Below, one piece after another: positions 1-10,613 of a DNA stretch of 64,000 nucleotides. The position numbers and the translations under genes are program-made. The notes under the pieces are model-generated. The model saw only the letters and a program-made list of their open reading frames with translations. It ran no database searches and was not told the origin of the DNA. The stretch comes from Spirochaetia bacterium (GTDB lineage: Bacteria > Spirochaetota > Spirochaetia > UBA9216). The first letter of the stretch is position 1. The number at the start of each line of letters is the position of its first letter. Location of the stretch: NCBI GenBank assembly GCA_963675665.1, contig OY776510.1, forward strand, positions 3,424,001 through 3,488,000, in the 5' to 3' direction.

Positions 1-1
1 A

Positions 2-127
2 TTAGCAGAAATACACTATAATCTTAATGAAAAGGATATTGCCTATAATTATCTTAAAAAGTCTCTTGATAACGATTATGATAAGTTAAAGTGCAGTTTA
101 TTACTTAGAAGAATACAGGACAAATAG
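2..127 (+). CDS. 3' end of a gene truncated by the window edge (helical, TPR-like C-terminus)
   Basis: Open frame LAEIHYNLNEKDIAYNYLKKSL...RRIQDK* ends at TAG 125-127, just before map. Confidence 0.55.
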   Translation, partial: LAEIHYNLNEKDIAYNYLKKSLDNDYDKLKCSLLLRRIQDK

Positions 128-128
128 A

Positions 129-878
129 ATGATTAAACTTAAAAATGAAGACGAAATAAACAGAATAAGAGAATCTTGTAAAATGCTCGCTGATGTATAT
201 GATAATCTGGTTGGTAATATAGCTGAGGGTATAACTACCAATGAAATCAACAAGTTAAGTTATGATCTCATTGTTAAACGCGGAGGTAAACCTGCGTTTC
301 TTAATTATAACGGTTATCCTGCAACAATATGCATTAGTATAAATGAAGAAGTAATTCACGGCATACCTTCCGAACGGAAATTAAAAGACGGAGATATCGT
401 CAGCCTGGACCTCGGAATCAACCTGAAGGGTTACTTCAGTGATGCAGCAAGGACGCTCTCAATTGGCAGAATTCCCGAAAAGACGGCAAAACTTCTTGAG
501 GTAACGCAAAATGCACTTAATGCCGGTATTGACGCATGCAGATACGGCGGCCGGATAAAGGACATTTCATCTGCTGTTTATAAAATTGCAAAAAAGTATA
601 ATTACGGTGTTGTCAGGGAATTCTGCGGACACGGAGTAGGTTTTGAAGTACACGAAGCTCCTCAAATTCCGAATTATGTTCATCCCGGGCCAAATCCAAG
701 AATAAAAAAGGGTATGGTTCTGGCCATAGAGCCCATGATAAACCTTGGAACTGAAAAGGTAAATATTCTTGATGATGACTGGACAGTGGTTACTGCAGAC
801 GGAAAACCTTCCGCTCATTTTGAACATACAGTAGCTGTTTTTGAAGATCGCACTGAAATACTTACTGTTGCAGATTAA
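129..878 (+). CDS. map: Type I methionine aminopeptidase
   Basis: Motifs CISINEEVIHGIP, DIVSLD, FSDAART, GHGVG..VHEAP, AIEPM, SAHFEHT. Confidence 0.97.
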   Translation: MIKLKNEDEINRIRESCKMLADVYDNLVGNIAEGITTNEINKLSYDLIVKRGGKPAFLNYNGYPATICISINEEVIHGIPSERKLKDGDIVSLDLGINLKGYFSDAARTLSIGRIPEKTAKLLEVTQNALNAGIDACRYGGRIKDISSAVYKIAKKYNYGVVREFCGHGVGFEVHEAPQIPNYVHPGPNPRIKKGMVLAIEPMINLGTEKVNILDDDWTVVTADGKPSAHFEHTVAVFEDRTEILTVAD

Positions 879-893
879 AATACCGGAGGAAAC

Positions 894-2339
894 ATGATTT
901 TTAAGACAGCTGACAAAAAATATTTTAAATTAAATATTCTATTGTTCGGAATAATTATTGGTATGGCGGTTTCGTTACTGATATCCGGAAAAGATATTAT
1001 AAAGCCGGTTGAAGCCGGTCAAACTGATTTAAAGGATATGCAGTATACATTCAGAGCAGTAGCAGAAGATGTTCTTCCGGTTGTTGTTGAGATACGTGTT
1101 GTTGATGTAAAAATACAGGAAATGCCGGAAGGCTACAGCTGGCCCTTTAACTATATTGAACCGGACAACGAAACTGACTCTCCGTCTGAAAAACAGGAAT
1201 ATGAAACGGAAGGACTTGGAAGCGGCGTAATTGTTAAAAGAAACGGCTCAACATATTATGTGCTGACTAATAATCATGTTATTGAAGACGCAGACAGAAT
1301 ATCTGTTAGGCTTCACGATAAATCCGAAATAAACGCAAAAATAACGGGTGTTGATGAAAGAAAGGACCTTGCTCTCGTCTCATTCGAATCAGACATGGAT
1401 CTTGATATTGCAGTTCTCGGGAATTCCGATGAGCTTTTTGTCGGCGACTGGGTGCTTGCCGTAGGAAGTCCTCTTGGATATGATTCCACTGTAACGGCAG
1501 GCATCGTAAGTGCAATAGGGCGCAACGGACCTGAAAACAATATAAGTGATTTTATACAGACCGACGCTTCAATTAATCACGGGAATTCCGGAGGGGCTCT
1601 TGTTAACCTTGACGGCGAAGTTGTCGGCATAAATACCTGGCTGGCAACAACTACAGGAGTAAATATAGGTCTCGGGTTTTCCATTCCTGTTAACAATGTA
1701 AAGAACGCAGTTGATGATTTTATAAAATCTGGTTCTGTCCGTTATGGTTGGCTTGGTGTTACAATTGCAAATGCGGATAAATTAACAGCAGAACAGCTTG
1801 AAATCAGCGGCAGGAAAGGTGCCCTGATTTATAATCTCTATGAGGATAGTCCGGCAGGTAAGGCAGGTATTCTTCCGGGAGATTTTATAACGGAAGTCGA
1901 CGGGGTAATGATAAATGACTATAAGCACTTTACAAGACTGGTAGGCGATATAAAAGCAGGTGATAAGATTATACTGAAACTCGTCAGGAATAAAAAAGAA
2001 ATCACCAAAACCGCGGAAATTGAATTAAGAAAGGAAAAAGACGAGATAATAGGACTTTACGAAAAAATATGGCCCGGAATAACTGCAATACCGCTTGATG
2101 ATGAAATAAAGACAGATTTCGGACTTTCCGGCAATGTCGGCGGTGTAATGATAAATGTAGATACGGCTACAAGAGCTTTTAACAGCGGTTTAAAGAATTT
2201 TGATATAATAACTGAAATAAACGGTGTTGATATTAATAATATGTTGGATTTTTTCAACACAATTAACGATAAAAAAGATAACTACAAGATTAAAGTTATA
2301 AGAAATAATCTTGAATTATATATAGATCTTGAAAGATAA
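894..2339 (+). CDS. htrA: Do/DegP (HtrA) serine protease with two PDZ domains
   Basis: GLGSGVI, TNNHVI, DLALV, IQTDASINHGNSGG; N-terminal TM segment; PDZ motif GWLGV. Confidence 0.93.
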   Translation: MIFKTADKKYFKLNILLFGIIIGMAVSLLISGKDIIKPVEAGQTDLKDMQYTFRAVAEDVLPVVVEIRVVDVKIQEMPEGYSWPFNYIEPDNETDSPSEKQEYETEGLGSGVIVKRNGSTYYVLTNNHVIEDADRISVRLHDKSEINAKITGVDERKDLALVSFESDMDLDIAVLGNSDELFVGDWVLAVGSPLGYDSTVTAGIVSAIGRNGPENNISDFIQTDASINHGNSGGALVNLDGEVVGINTWLATTTGVNIGLGFSIPVNNVKNAVDDFIKSGSVRYGWLGVTIANADKLTAEQLEISGRKGALIYNLYEDSPAGKAGILPGDFITEVDGVMINDYKHFTRLVGDIKAGDKIILKLVRNKKEITKTAEIELRKEKDEIIGLYEKIWPGITAIPLDDEIKTDFGLSGNVGGVMINVDTATRAFNSGLKNFDIITEINGVDINNMLDFFNTINDKKDNYKIKVIRNNLELYIDLER

Positions 2340-2350
2340 CAGAGGTTCTT

Positions 2351-2956
2351 ATGTCAAAGATTTTTTTGGAATATAATACTGTAAGAAATAATGCAATAAA
2401 GCTTGCGCATAAGATACTGAAAGACGGATTCATACCTGATGTTATATATGTTTCGTTAAGAGGCGGTGCGTACATCGGTAATGTTATAAGCGAATATTTT
2501 AAAATTGTAAGAACTGAAAGGCCAGTGCTGTACGCTGCAGTTGTTGCGAGATCGTATGTTGACGTTCATAATCATGACGAAGTCAGAATTGACGGCTGGA
2601 CATATAATCCTGAATATTTAAGGCAGGGAGACAAAATTCTGCTAGTCGATGATATTTTTGATTCAGGAAGAACAATAAACTACCTTGCTGATGTTCTGCT
2701 TCGCAGAGGCGTACCGAGAAAGGATCTTAAAATTGCCGTACATGACTATAAATATTTCAGTTACAGAGATGATTTACACCAGTTTAAACCCGATTATTTC
2801 TGCTGCAAGCATGTTATTGATTCGCTGGATGAAGATGTATGGATTCATTATATGAGTCATGAACTTGTCGGATTAAGACAGGATGAACTGGAGAAAAAAT
2901 ATTATGAAGAAGATCAATTATTAAGAGAGGCATTGGATATCCTTGATCAAAAATAA
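2351..2956 (+). CDS. Type I phosphoribosyltransferase (purine salvage-like)
   Basis: SLRGG loop and PRPP-binding ILLVDDIFDSGRT. Confidence 0.85.
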   Translation: MSKIFLEYNTVRNNAIKLAHKILKDGFIPDVIYVSLRGGAYIGNVISEYFKIVRTERPVLYAAVVARSYVDVHNHDEVRIDGWTYNPEYLRQGDKILLVDDIFDSGRTINYLADVLLRRGVPRKDLKIAVHDYKYFSYRDDLHQFKPDYFCCKHVIDSLDEDVWIHYMSHELVGLRQDELEKKYYEEDQLLREALDILDQK

Positions 2957-5900
2957 AGCAAAACGTGCTTTACTGATATTATTCGGTATCTCTGTATTGA
3001 CCGTTCCAGTTTTGGCGGATAGTTATATTGACCATGCTTCCGGTATATATTCTCAGGATATTTTTATTGCAATAAATAATTTTTCAGGTAATGATAAAAT
3101 ATTTTACAGTTTTGGTAATAACGAGAATATGCCGTCAAATCCATATACCGGTGGTTTGTTGTTAAGCGCATTACCCGGTGAGGAAAGAGAATATATTTTC
3201 AATCTTTCAATCGGAAATGAACGTTATACATATAATTATTTAATAGATAAAAGACCGCCGGAAAAACCCGTACCGGAATTAATAGATAATGAAAACGGAT
3301 ATGGATATATATTCACTAATCCGTCGGATAAAGAGATATATTATGGTTTTGAAGATTATAATAAAGGCGAAAAATATAAATGGTCTTCTGAAGTAATATC
3401 TCCGCCGAAATCCGGATTCATATATTATTTTGCAATTGACTCTGCAGGAAATGAAAGTGAAACTGGTATGATATATCCTGTAGAGGATAATGAAACATCG
3501 GGCAGGGTTGTTCTTAATATAAAAAGTCCGGTTGAGGGTGAGTTTTCAAATACTCAATTGCTTTTTATTGATAAGGGAAAGTTTGAATGGATAAAATATA
3601 CGCTTAACGGAGAAGATCCTGTCGGTTCAGGTGTGAAATACACAGTTCCGGTTGAAATAAGAAGATATGGAAATGTTAATTTAAAAGTCTCGGCAAAGCT
3701 TGCCGATTCGGGTAAAATAATTACAAAAGAAATAAACTATAGAGTAAATACAAAAGCCCCCCTGAAAAATATTCCTCCGAGCGGTATATATTCGGGAAGT
3801 ATCAATATAAAAAGTTCGCTTGCCGGGTACAGATACAGTATTGAAGACCGGCTGCCAGGCTCTGAAGACCCTGTTTTTGAAGGCGAACTGAATATTAATC
3901 CCGTATACGGCGGGGTTAAATACACTACTATACGATTAAAAAAAACGGATGAAGAAGATTCAGACTTCCGTTATTTTTATGTTATCGACGATAGAATTCC
4001 CGCTGTCCCGATAATTGATTTTTACAGCAGATTGCCGAATGAAAATATAGTTGATGTAAAAATATCCGGTCCGGAATATGCTGATATCTTTTATACAACC
4101 GACGGATCCTCTCCGGGAAAATCATCATTAAAATATGATTCTGAATTTTCGTTGTCTGTTCCTGAAGACAAAAATGCAGGTTCGATAATTGTAAAAGCAC
4201 GTGCTGTTTCACTTAATGGAAAAAGCGGAGAAATTGTATCAAGTTTTATTACTTATGATACAAAAGAACCTGATGTACCTGATGTATCTATAAATAAAGA
4301 TGAAAATGATGGTTTATATAAAATATCTTATAATCTTGAATCAGGAGATAAGCTTTACTATAGACTGGAAGATTCAATAAACGGTTTTTACCCTGTTGAA
4401 AATGATAACTTTTTTCTTGATATACCCGAAGGATGTTCAAGAGAATTTCGTTTTATTTTTGCTGCCGTGGATTCTGCAGGAAACTGGTCGGATTTTACTG
4501 ATGTTGTACAAATCAAAATAAATAAACTGATTCCGGAAGCGCCGGAAGTAAATTTGATTGAGAATAAAATTATTATAGAAAGTGAGTATCACGTAGTTTA
4601 TAAATATACTGCTATTTTTAACGGAAAAGTTTTTGCAGAAGAAAGCGGCTCATACCTGGATAAAATAGATTTAACGGAAATAATTGTGCCCGGTTCGAGT
4701 TTAAAGTTAAATTTAATAATAACAGATGAATCAGGAAATATTCTTGAAACTGAAAATGATTTTTATTTTCCGGTTGCTGAAGAAAAGAAGGAAGCAGTAC
4801 TTTTTTCAAAAAAACCGGAGAATATTTATACTGGTTCAGAGGTTGAATTTTTTGCATATCCTGATGGTATAGAAGATAAACTTTATTATTACCTTACAGA
4901 AAAAAAGACTGACGGAGAAAATATAACCGAAGGTCCTTTTGAAACAGACGGTAATATTATTGTTCCTGGAAAAGAAAACAGAAGAATCGATTATTTTCTT
5001 GAGATATTTTCTATAAATGAAATGTCCGGCATAAAGTCGCAGGTTAATACCTACAATTTTACTATTGATAATGAAAAACCTGCTTTGCCGGTATTAAAAG
5101 GAATAGAGAATGGCGCTGTTGTAAACAGCAAAGTCATTCTTACTGCTGAAAGCGACGGTGACTCTGTAATTTTTATGAATTATGCGAATGACCCGGATAA
5201 AATAGGAACTCTTTTCAGCAAATCATCAATTATTTTTAATAAACCAATAATATTTGATTCGCCTGTCGGAAAATCCAGAAGTTTTTATCTGATTACGGGG
5301 GCTGGAGATTCAGCAGGAAACAGTTCGGTAAATGATAATGTTTTCAGTTTTACAATCGATAAAACTCCGCCGGTTATAAATGATATAATTGTTGAAAATG
5401 AGAAAGTGGTTTTTAAGGGTGAAGAAAATTTAAAATATTACTATGAAACGGGTTTTAAAGGAACATCAGTAAGAACGCCGGATTTGGAATCGGATTATTT
5501 TACTGAAAGTTTTGAATTTAACCGTACAGAAGATGACGAAAACATTTACATTTTAAAAGTCGTTCCTTACGACCAGGTAGGAAACAAAATAACTTATCCA
5601 TATTCATTTATGTTTAGAATTGATAATAAAAAACCGAAAGCTCCGGAAGAGCCTTTGGTGACTGTAAATGAAAAAAGCAGAAAGGTTTATCTAAGTTGGG
5701 ATAAAACTCAAAATAACATTATATATACGCTTAATAATGAATCTAATGAATATAAACACCCATTTTCAATAAAATATTCATCTGATATAACTGAAATGAA
5801 AATAACTTACCATTCTGTTGACTCTGCAGGAAATGAAAGTGATGACAAGTTGTTAGTTATTAATCTTCCGGGTATTTCAAATACAGAGCTTGTTACCGGT

Positions 5901-7970
5901 ATAAATAATAATTCTTTCTACAGAACCGACCTGGAGTTAAAGTCGGTTAAACCGGGTAGTTTAATTAGATATGAAATAAGCACGGAACAGATTTTCCCAC
6001 CCGAAGTAACAGTTTTCTCCCCGGAACTGCCTGAGAAATTACCGTTTAAAATTGAAGATGGTGAAAGTATTAATTTTATTGTCAGTATGAAAGAATTCAG
6101 GGACAGAAATGATAAAAAGGGCGGAGCAGAACAGGTTTTAAGATTTACCATAGATAAACAACTTCCTGAACCTCCTGAAATCAGCGGAATTAATGACGGA
6201 GAATACTATCTGAACGACTGCACTGCTTTTTTTAAACCATGTGAAGACGACATTTTTTATTCGGTAAGCAGCTATATCGGAAGTCAGGAAATATATGAGA
6301 AGTATTCCGATGCTTTTAAAATCGAATCTCCAGAAGGAACATATAAAAGTTTTGTAATTAATGCTTATACACAGGATTATGCAGGTAATAAAAGCAGTAT
6401 AAAAAGCTGGGAAATAACCATTGATAAAGAAATTATATATGTGTCGAAAAACGGAAAGGATTATTATACCGGAACAAGATCCTGGCCTTATAAAAGTATC
6501 AATAAAGCTATTGAACAAATCAAGAACTCGGATCGTAAAACAATTTTTATAGAAGAAGGACAGTATAATTTAAATTCACCGGCTGTTGTTGATGAAGCGG
6601 TGTCAATATACGGAGGATTCAAAGAAGGCAGCTGGCAGGATAAATCCGGAAGTACGGTTATAACAGTTGATAAAAGTTTCCCTGCAGATAACCCGGCTTT
6701 TTATATATATGGAGGAAACCTGACGCTTGACAATATTAACATTCTAAACGAAGAATCGATTAAAAATAATCTTTTTGTTGTTAATAAAGGGAATCTAAGC
6801 CTTATAAACTCCAGAATTGAATTGAAACTCTCCAAAGGAATATCATTTATAAAGCAGAATTATGGAAAATTAACATTATCCAATATTGAATTAAGCGGTT
6901 ACGGATCCGATGTTCCTGTTGTAGACAGTAATTATGGTGTTGTAAACATTAATAATTGCGGAATAAAATTTGGATCTGAATTTTCACAGTCAACAATTTT
7001 GGAAATTGATAACAGTTCAGATTATTCGTTGACATCAACAGAAATAAATGCTGAAAAAGGTAAAAATATTACAGCAATAGGAATAAAAAACAGCAGTGTT
7101 AATATTAAAAATACAGTAATTAATTGCAGCGATATAGGGATGTCATTTACCGGAATAGAAAGCGTCGACAGTAAATTATCAATGCAATACAGTAAAATTA
7201 TAAGCAGTAAAAATATCCGGTTGTATCGTTCGATTGTATCAGAAGATAGTATTCTTGATATAAAAGCAAATAATTTTAATATAGGCTCTGTTTCTGGTGT
7301 AATTGGTTTTAAAATTACAGGCGGTACCAGCTTCTTTGCAAATAACAGAATAAAAATTGGCAGTGTTAAAGATTTTATTTATGTATATCTTCTTGAAAAG
7401 GGAATGCATAGTATTGAAACTAATATTTTTCAGATTGGCGAATCCGATGAAATTATAAATATAAGAGCAAAAAACTCATCGGTTGATTATTTAAATAATA
7501 CCGTAACAACTGAAAGCGCGAAAAACGGGATTATTATGTTTAAACCTGAAGATAATTCAATTAACCGTATAATAAATAATATAATTATTAATTATAAATC
7601 ATATGGAAAAAATAATATGATTTATAATTCTTATGAAAACTCAATGATATCGTTTAAAAATAACTGTGTTTACGGCTGTGATATTTATCTTGACGGTTTA
7701 ATCAAGGCACAAGATATTATCAGTCTTGATCTTGTAGACGGTATCTATTCTGCAGGACGATTTTCCGGAAACATTGAGGAAAGTCCTGATAAAGTTTTTG
7801 CCGGAACTGACGCTTACTCTTTATCTTCCGAGTCAGAATGTATTGATGCCGGATATGATCTAAAAAATATTATTAAAAACAACACCGATATAGACGGTGA
7901 TATCAGGCCGAACCGTGGTTTAAACAGCAATCCGGCGTATGATATCGGTGCAGATGAATTTTATAATTGA
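2943..7970 (+). CDS. Large secreted protein: Ig/Fn3-like (chitobiase C-terminal type) repeats, DUF1565/beta-helix region, choice-of-anchor-Q-like C-terminus
   Basis: Signal peptide; repeated DSAGNxS and IDxxPPxxP motifs; YTTDGSSP; IYVSKNG...PYKSINKAI; Asn/Ile-rich beta-helix; CIDAG...DIDGDIRP...YDIGADEF. Confidence 0.7.
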   Translation: MIKNKAKRALLILFGISVLTVPVLADSYIDHASGIYSQDIFIAINNFSGNDKIFYSFGNNENMPSNPYTGGLLLSALPGEEREYIFNLSIGNERYTYNYLIDKRPPEKPVPELIDNENGYGYIFTNPSDKEIYYGFEDYNKGEKYKWSSEVISPPKSGFIYYFAIDSAGNESETGMIYPVEDNETSGRVVLNIKSPVEGEFSNTQLLFIDKGKFEWIKYTLNGEDPVGSGVKYTVPVEIRRYGNVNLKVSAKLADSGKIITKEINYRVNTKAPLKNIPPSGIYSGSINIKSSLAGYRYSIEDRLPGSEDPVFEGELNINPVYGGVKYTTIRLKKTDEEDSDFRYFYVIDDRIPAVPIIDFYSRLPNENIVDVKISGPEYADIFYTTDGSSPGKSSLKYDSEFSLSVPEDKNAGSIIVKARAVSLNGKSGEIVSSFITYDTKEPDVPDVSINKDENDGLYKISYNLESGDKLYYRLEDSINGFYPVENDNFFLDIPEGCSREFRFIFAAVDSAGNWSDFTDVVQIKINKLIPEAPEVNLIENKIIIESEYHVVYKYTAIFNGKVFAEESGSYLDKIDLTEIIVPGSSLKLNLIITDESGNILETENDFYFPVAEEKKEAVLFSKKPENIYTGSEVEFFAYPDGIEDKLYYYLTEKKTDGENITEGPFETDGNIIVPGKENRRIDYFLEIFSINEMSGIKSQVNTYNFTIDNEKPALPVLKGIENGAVVNSKVILTAESDGDSVIFMNYANDPDKIGTLFSKSSIIFNKPIIFDSPVGKSRSFYLITGAGDSAGNSSVNDNVFSFTIDKTPPVINDIIVENEKVVFKGEENLKYYYETGFKGTSVRTPDLESDYFTESFEFNRTEDDENIYILKVVPYDQVGNKITYPYSFMFRIDNKKPKAPEEPLVTVNEKSRKVYLSWDKTQNNIIYTLNNESNEYKHPFSIKYSSDITEMKITYHSVDSAGNESDDKLLVINLPGISNTELVTGINNNSFYRTDLELKSVKPGSLIRYEISTEQIFPPEVTVFSPELPEKLPFKIEDGESINFIVSMKEFRDRNDKKGGAEQVLRFTIDKQLPEPPEISGINDGEYYLNDCTAFFKPCEDDIFYSVSSYIGSQEIYEKYSDAFKIESPEGTYKSFVINAYTQDYAGNKSSIKSWEITIDKEIIYVSKNGKDYYTGTRSWPYKSINKAIEQIKNSDRKTIFIEEGQYNLNSPAVVDEAVSIYGGFKEGSWQDKSGSTVITVDKSFPADNPAFYIYGGNLTLDNINILNEESIKNNLFVVNKGNLSLINSRIELKLSKGISFIKQNYGKLTLSNIELSGYGSDVPVVDSNYGVVNINNCGIKFGSEFSQSTILEIDNSSDYSLTSTEINAEKGKNITAIGIKNSSVNIKNTVINCSDIGMSFTGIESVDSKLSMQYSKIISSKNIRLYRSIVSEDSILDIKANNFNIGSVSGVIGFKITGGTSFFANNRIKIGSVKDFIYVYLLEKGMHSIETNIFQIGESDEIINIRAKNSSVDYLNNTVTTESAKNGIIMFKPEDNSINRIINNIIINYKSYGKNNMIYNSYENSMISFKNNCVYGCDIYLDGLIKAQDIISLDLVDGIYSAGRFSGNIEESPDKVFAGTDAYSLSSESECIDAGYDLKNIIKNNTDIDGDIRPNRGLNSNPAYDIGADEFYN

Positions 7971-7998
7971 GATTATTTTAAAGAAAAGTCCATAAAAA

Positions 7999-9189
7999 CT
8001 ACTCTTTGCATTCACTGTCCCAGAAACGGGCAGTACCCTGTAAGCTGTTTTTCCATAAACCGGAATTATAACCAAGAGCAAATACCTTTTCAGAATCTGT
8101 AGCTTCGTCAACAAAAAAATCAAGAATTATACTGTCGCTTAATTCAATGCTGGAATATTGAATATAATTGGTAAGATCTGATGCTGCCAGTTTAGGCGAT
8201 ATGAAAGATTTATTCTCAATGGTGTTGTCTGCATCCATTTCATAATAACCAGATTCTGACGCAGCAAGAATGATGTCGATATCTGTGCCGACAGTGAAAC
8301 GTTTTATTCCGTAAAGAGATTCAAAAAGACCGTCATCATCATATGTATTTTCCAATATTTCCCAGGCGCCGTTTTTTCTTACAAGAAGAACTCCTTCTTC
8401 TGAAGTGAGGTAAACCTCGGTTCCTGCGGCAGGATCCGCATCAGTACATAAAATGCCGGTGAAACCGTCGCCCTTTAAATAAGCCGATTCGGATTCGGAG
8501 TATACATCTGCAGTAACATTTGAGGTTCCGGATTGTGTACCGTCGCCGCTGTAAAGCCTGTTGCCGAAAATAATCCAGTACTCAGAACCATCATAGTCTG
8601 CTTTCAATTCGCCGCCAACGGTTAAGTCTGAAGCGATTATTTCCAGGGGAGTTGTCTCGCTGAAACCGTTTATTGGTCCTGAATATATGGAATATCTGGA
8701 AGAAGAATCAACGGTGCTGAGGAACAGAAGACTGCCGGCTTTAGTAAAATCAATAACTTTCTCGTCTGTGCCGGCGGTGTCGCTTACAGTTAAAGGAGAA
8801 GACCATTTGAGACCGCTGTCAATAGAAGACGTATCAGCTTTGACGAGTATGTAATCAGAACCGTCGGTGCTAAAAAAAGAAGCGAAAGTGTATCCGTCGG
8901 TAAGTATCATGTTATAACAAAGATAATCTTTATATTCGCCTGCAGGCTCACAGATGCTCCATTCCGTATCATTGTCGGCATCAACTTTTCTGTATTGGAA
9001 TTCACCTGTTGCAATTAAATAATAATTTCCGCTCTTTTCCATTGAGCCTATAGTTATGTCTTTCTCAAGCGTGCCGTTGCTTATTGCCGTTTCCTGTTCA
9101 AGACTGTAAAAAAGTCCGCCGGCCTGGTCGGTACAGGACCATAAAAACGATGCTGAAATGATTATTATAAATAAAATAAAATTTCTCAT
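7999..9189 (-). CDS. Lipoprotein, Tp0136-family-like predicted beta-propeller
   Basis: Lipobox FLWSC followed by GLFYSLEQE, resembling the treponemal GIFAAIQSE start; beta-rich sequence. Confidence 0.55.
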   Translation of the reverse strand: MRNFILFIIIISASFLWSCTDQAGGLFYSLEQETAISNGTLEKDITIGSMEKSGNYYLIATGEFQYRKVDADNDTEWSICEPAGEYKDYLCYNMILTDGYTFASFFSTDGSDYILVKADTSSIDSGLKWSSPLTVSDTAGTDEKVIDFTKAGSLLFLSTVDSSSRYSIYSGPINGFSETTPLEIIASDLTVGGELKADYDGSEYWIIFGNRLYSGDGTQSGTSNVTADVYSESESAYLKGDGFTGILCTDADPAAGTEVYLTSEEGVLLVRKNGAWEILENTYDDDGLFESLYGIKRFTVGTDIDIILAASESGYYEMDADNTIENKSFISPKLAASDLTNYIQYSSIELSDSIILDFFVDEATDSEKVFALGYNSGLWKNSLQGTARFWDSECKE

Positions 9190-9198
9190 AATTTTTCC

Positions 9199-9828
9199 TT
9201 AAAAATGATAGACAGCAGAAAGATTCAGCTGAAGAAAATTGGCAATTCTGCTTTGATAGGCATAATCTTCCGAAAAATAAAGATCAGGTATAAACCAGTA
9301 ATCAACATTAATGCCGAAAGCCCATTCTCCGTTAAAATTCCAGTAAGCGCCTGCTCCGGGTTTAATAATCGGATTCACCCTGAAATATTCATCCAGAGTA
9401 TTAAGGGATAGACCTGCATTAATGTAAACAGGGAACTCAAAAGGGTATTTTATAAAGTAATACGACGCAACAAAAGAGATCGGTATCATCGCCAGTGTAC
9501 GGTTATCCGTTGTTGCAAACATGCCGCTTAATTCAGCCCCGATAAGCAGGTTGTCTTTAATAAATGAACCCCATTTAAGGCTTCCTGCAATACCGATGTT
9601 TACAGTATCTATCGAGCCGTACCAGGGTTCATCGTCGGTATGAAAAGGCGCAAAATTTATTAACGGGAAAATTGCTCCGGCATTCAAAGAAAAGATTTGT
9701 TCTCCCTTACTGTAAGAAACAACACCTATGTAATCATCATCCTCAGGAACCTGTTCCTGGTCCTGCGCTGAAAGAGGGATAAGCATTACAAGCAAAAAAC
9801 AAATGAAAGTAATAATTTTTTTAGTCAA
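9199..9828 (-). CDS. Small outer-membrane beta-barrel, TP0733/OmpW-like
   Basis: Signal peptide, amphipathic strands, C-terminal LSAVYHF beta-signal; TTG start with GAGG SD. Confidence 0.75.
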   Translation of the reverse strand: MTKKIITFICFLLVMLIPLSAQDQEQVPEDDDYIGVVSYSKGEQIFSLNAGAIFPLINFAPFHTDDEPWYGSIDTVNIGIAGSLKWGSFIKDNLLIGAELSGMFATTDNRTLAMIPISFVASYYFIKYPFEFPVYINAGLSLNTLDEYFRVNPIIKPGAGAYWNFNGEWAFGINVDYWFIPDLYFSEDYAYQSRIANFLQLNLSAVYHF

Positions 9829-9944
9829 AGTTTTACCTCAGTGAAATATGAAAAAAATAGTACCATCTAAGAACTCTTTTTTCAAGGATATGTTGAAATT
9901 CAGGACTTTTCCATGATAAAAAGAATATCAAAACGGGGGATAAT

Positions 9945-10613
9945 ATGCAATTGAACAGAGTCACAAAGATTGACGATAAAGTTTTAATAAATAATATTTT
10001 GATAAGCGTTGCCGACAAGGCTAATCTTGAAGAGTTGGTAAAAGGACTGACCGAAATTAATCCCGATATAAATATTTTTTCTACCGGCGGCACATATTCC
10101 AGGATAAGCGGGATACTCGGTGAAAATCATAAAAAGAATCTGAAAAGCGTTTCCGAATATACAGGGCAACCCGAAATGCAGGGAGGATTGGTAAAAACAC
10201 TTGATTTCAAGATTTATCTGGGTTTGTTAAGTGAAACCTATAATGATGCTCACAAGGCAGACCTGGAAAGGACGGGTGCAGTGGGTATTGATATGGTTAT
10301 TGTGAATTTATATCCTTTTAAAGAAACAATTTCACAAAAAGATGTTACTCTGGAAGATGCTCGTGCTAATATAGACATCGGCGGTCCATGCATGTTGAGA
10401 GCGTCGGCAAAAAACTTTCTGAGAGTTGTTTCAATCTGTGATCCGTCAGACTATTCAACCGTTCTGGATGAAATGAGGAAAAATAATGGAACTGTTTCAT
10501 TAAATTCAAGATTGAATTACGCCAAAAAAACTTTCGGTCATACCGCTTCTTATGATAAGGCAATTGCGGAATATCTTTTTAAACAGGACGGCAAAGGGGT
10601 TTATAATGTCTGA
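9945..10613 (+). CDS. purH: IMP cyclohydrolase (stand-alone PurH N-terminal domain)
   Basis: LISVADK, STGGT, GGLVKTL, VNLYPF, NIDIGGP, SAKN. Confidence 0.88.
   Translation: MQLNRVTKIDDKVLINNILISVADKANLEELVKGLTEINPDINIFSTGGTYSRISGILGENHKKNLKSVSEYTGQPEMQGGLVKTLDFKIYLGLLSETYNDAHKADLERTGAVGIDMVIVNLYPFKETISQKDVTLEDARANIDIGGPCMLRASAKNFLRVVSICDPSDYSTVLDEMRKNNGTVSLNSRLNYAKKTFGHTASYDKAIAEYLFKQDGKGVYNV

Noticed and set aside
9830-9944. ZMP/ZTP or purine riboswitch upstream of purH
   Set aside because: The gap is short and promoter-filled, with no recognisable aptamer consensus
10590-10613. Programmed frameshift rejoining the purH halves
   Set aside because: The second ORF has its own SD-like sequence, ATG and N-terminal extension; no canonical slippery heptamer plus downstream structure
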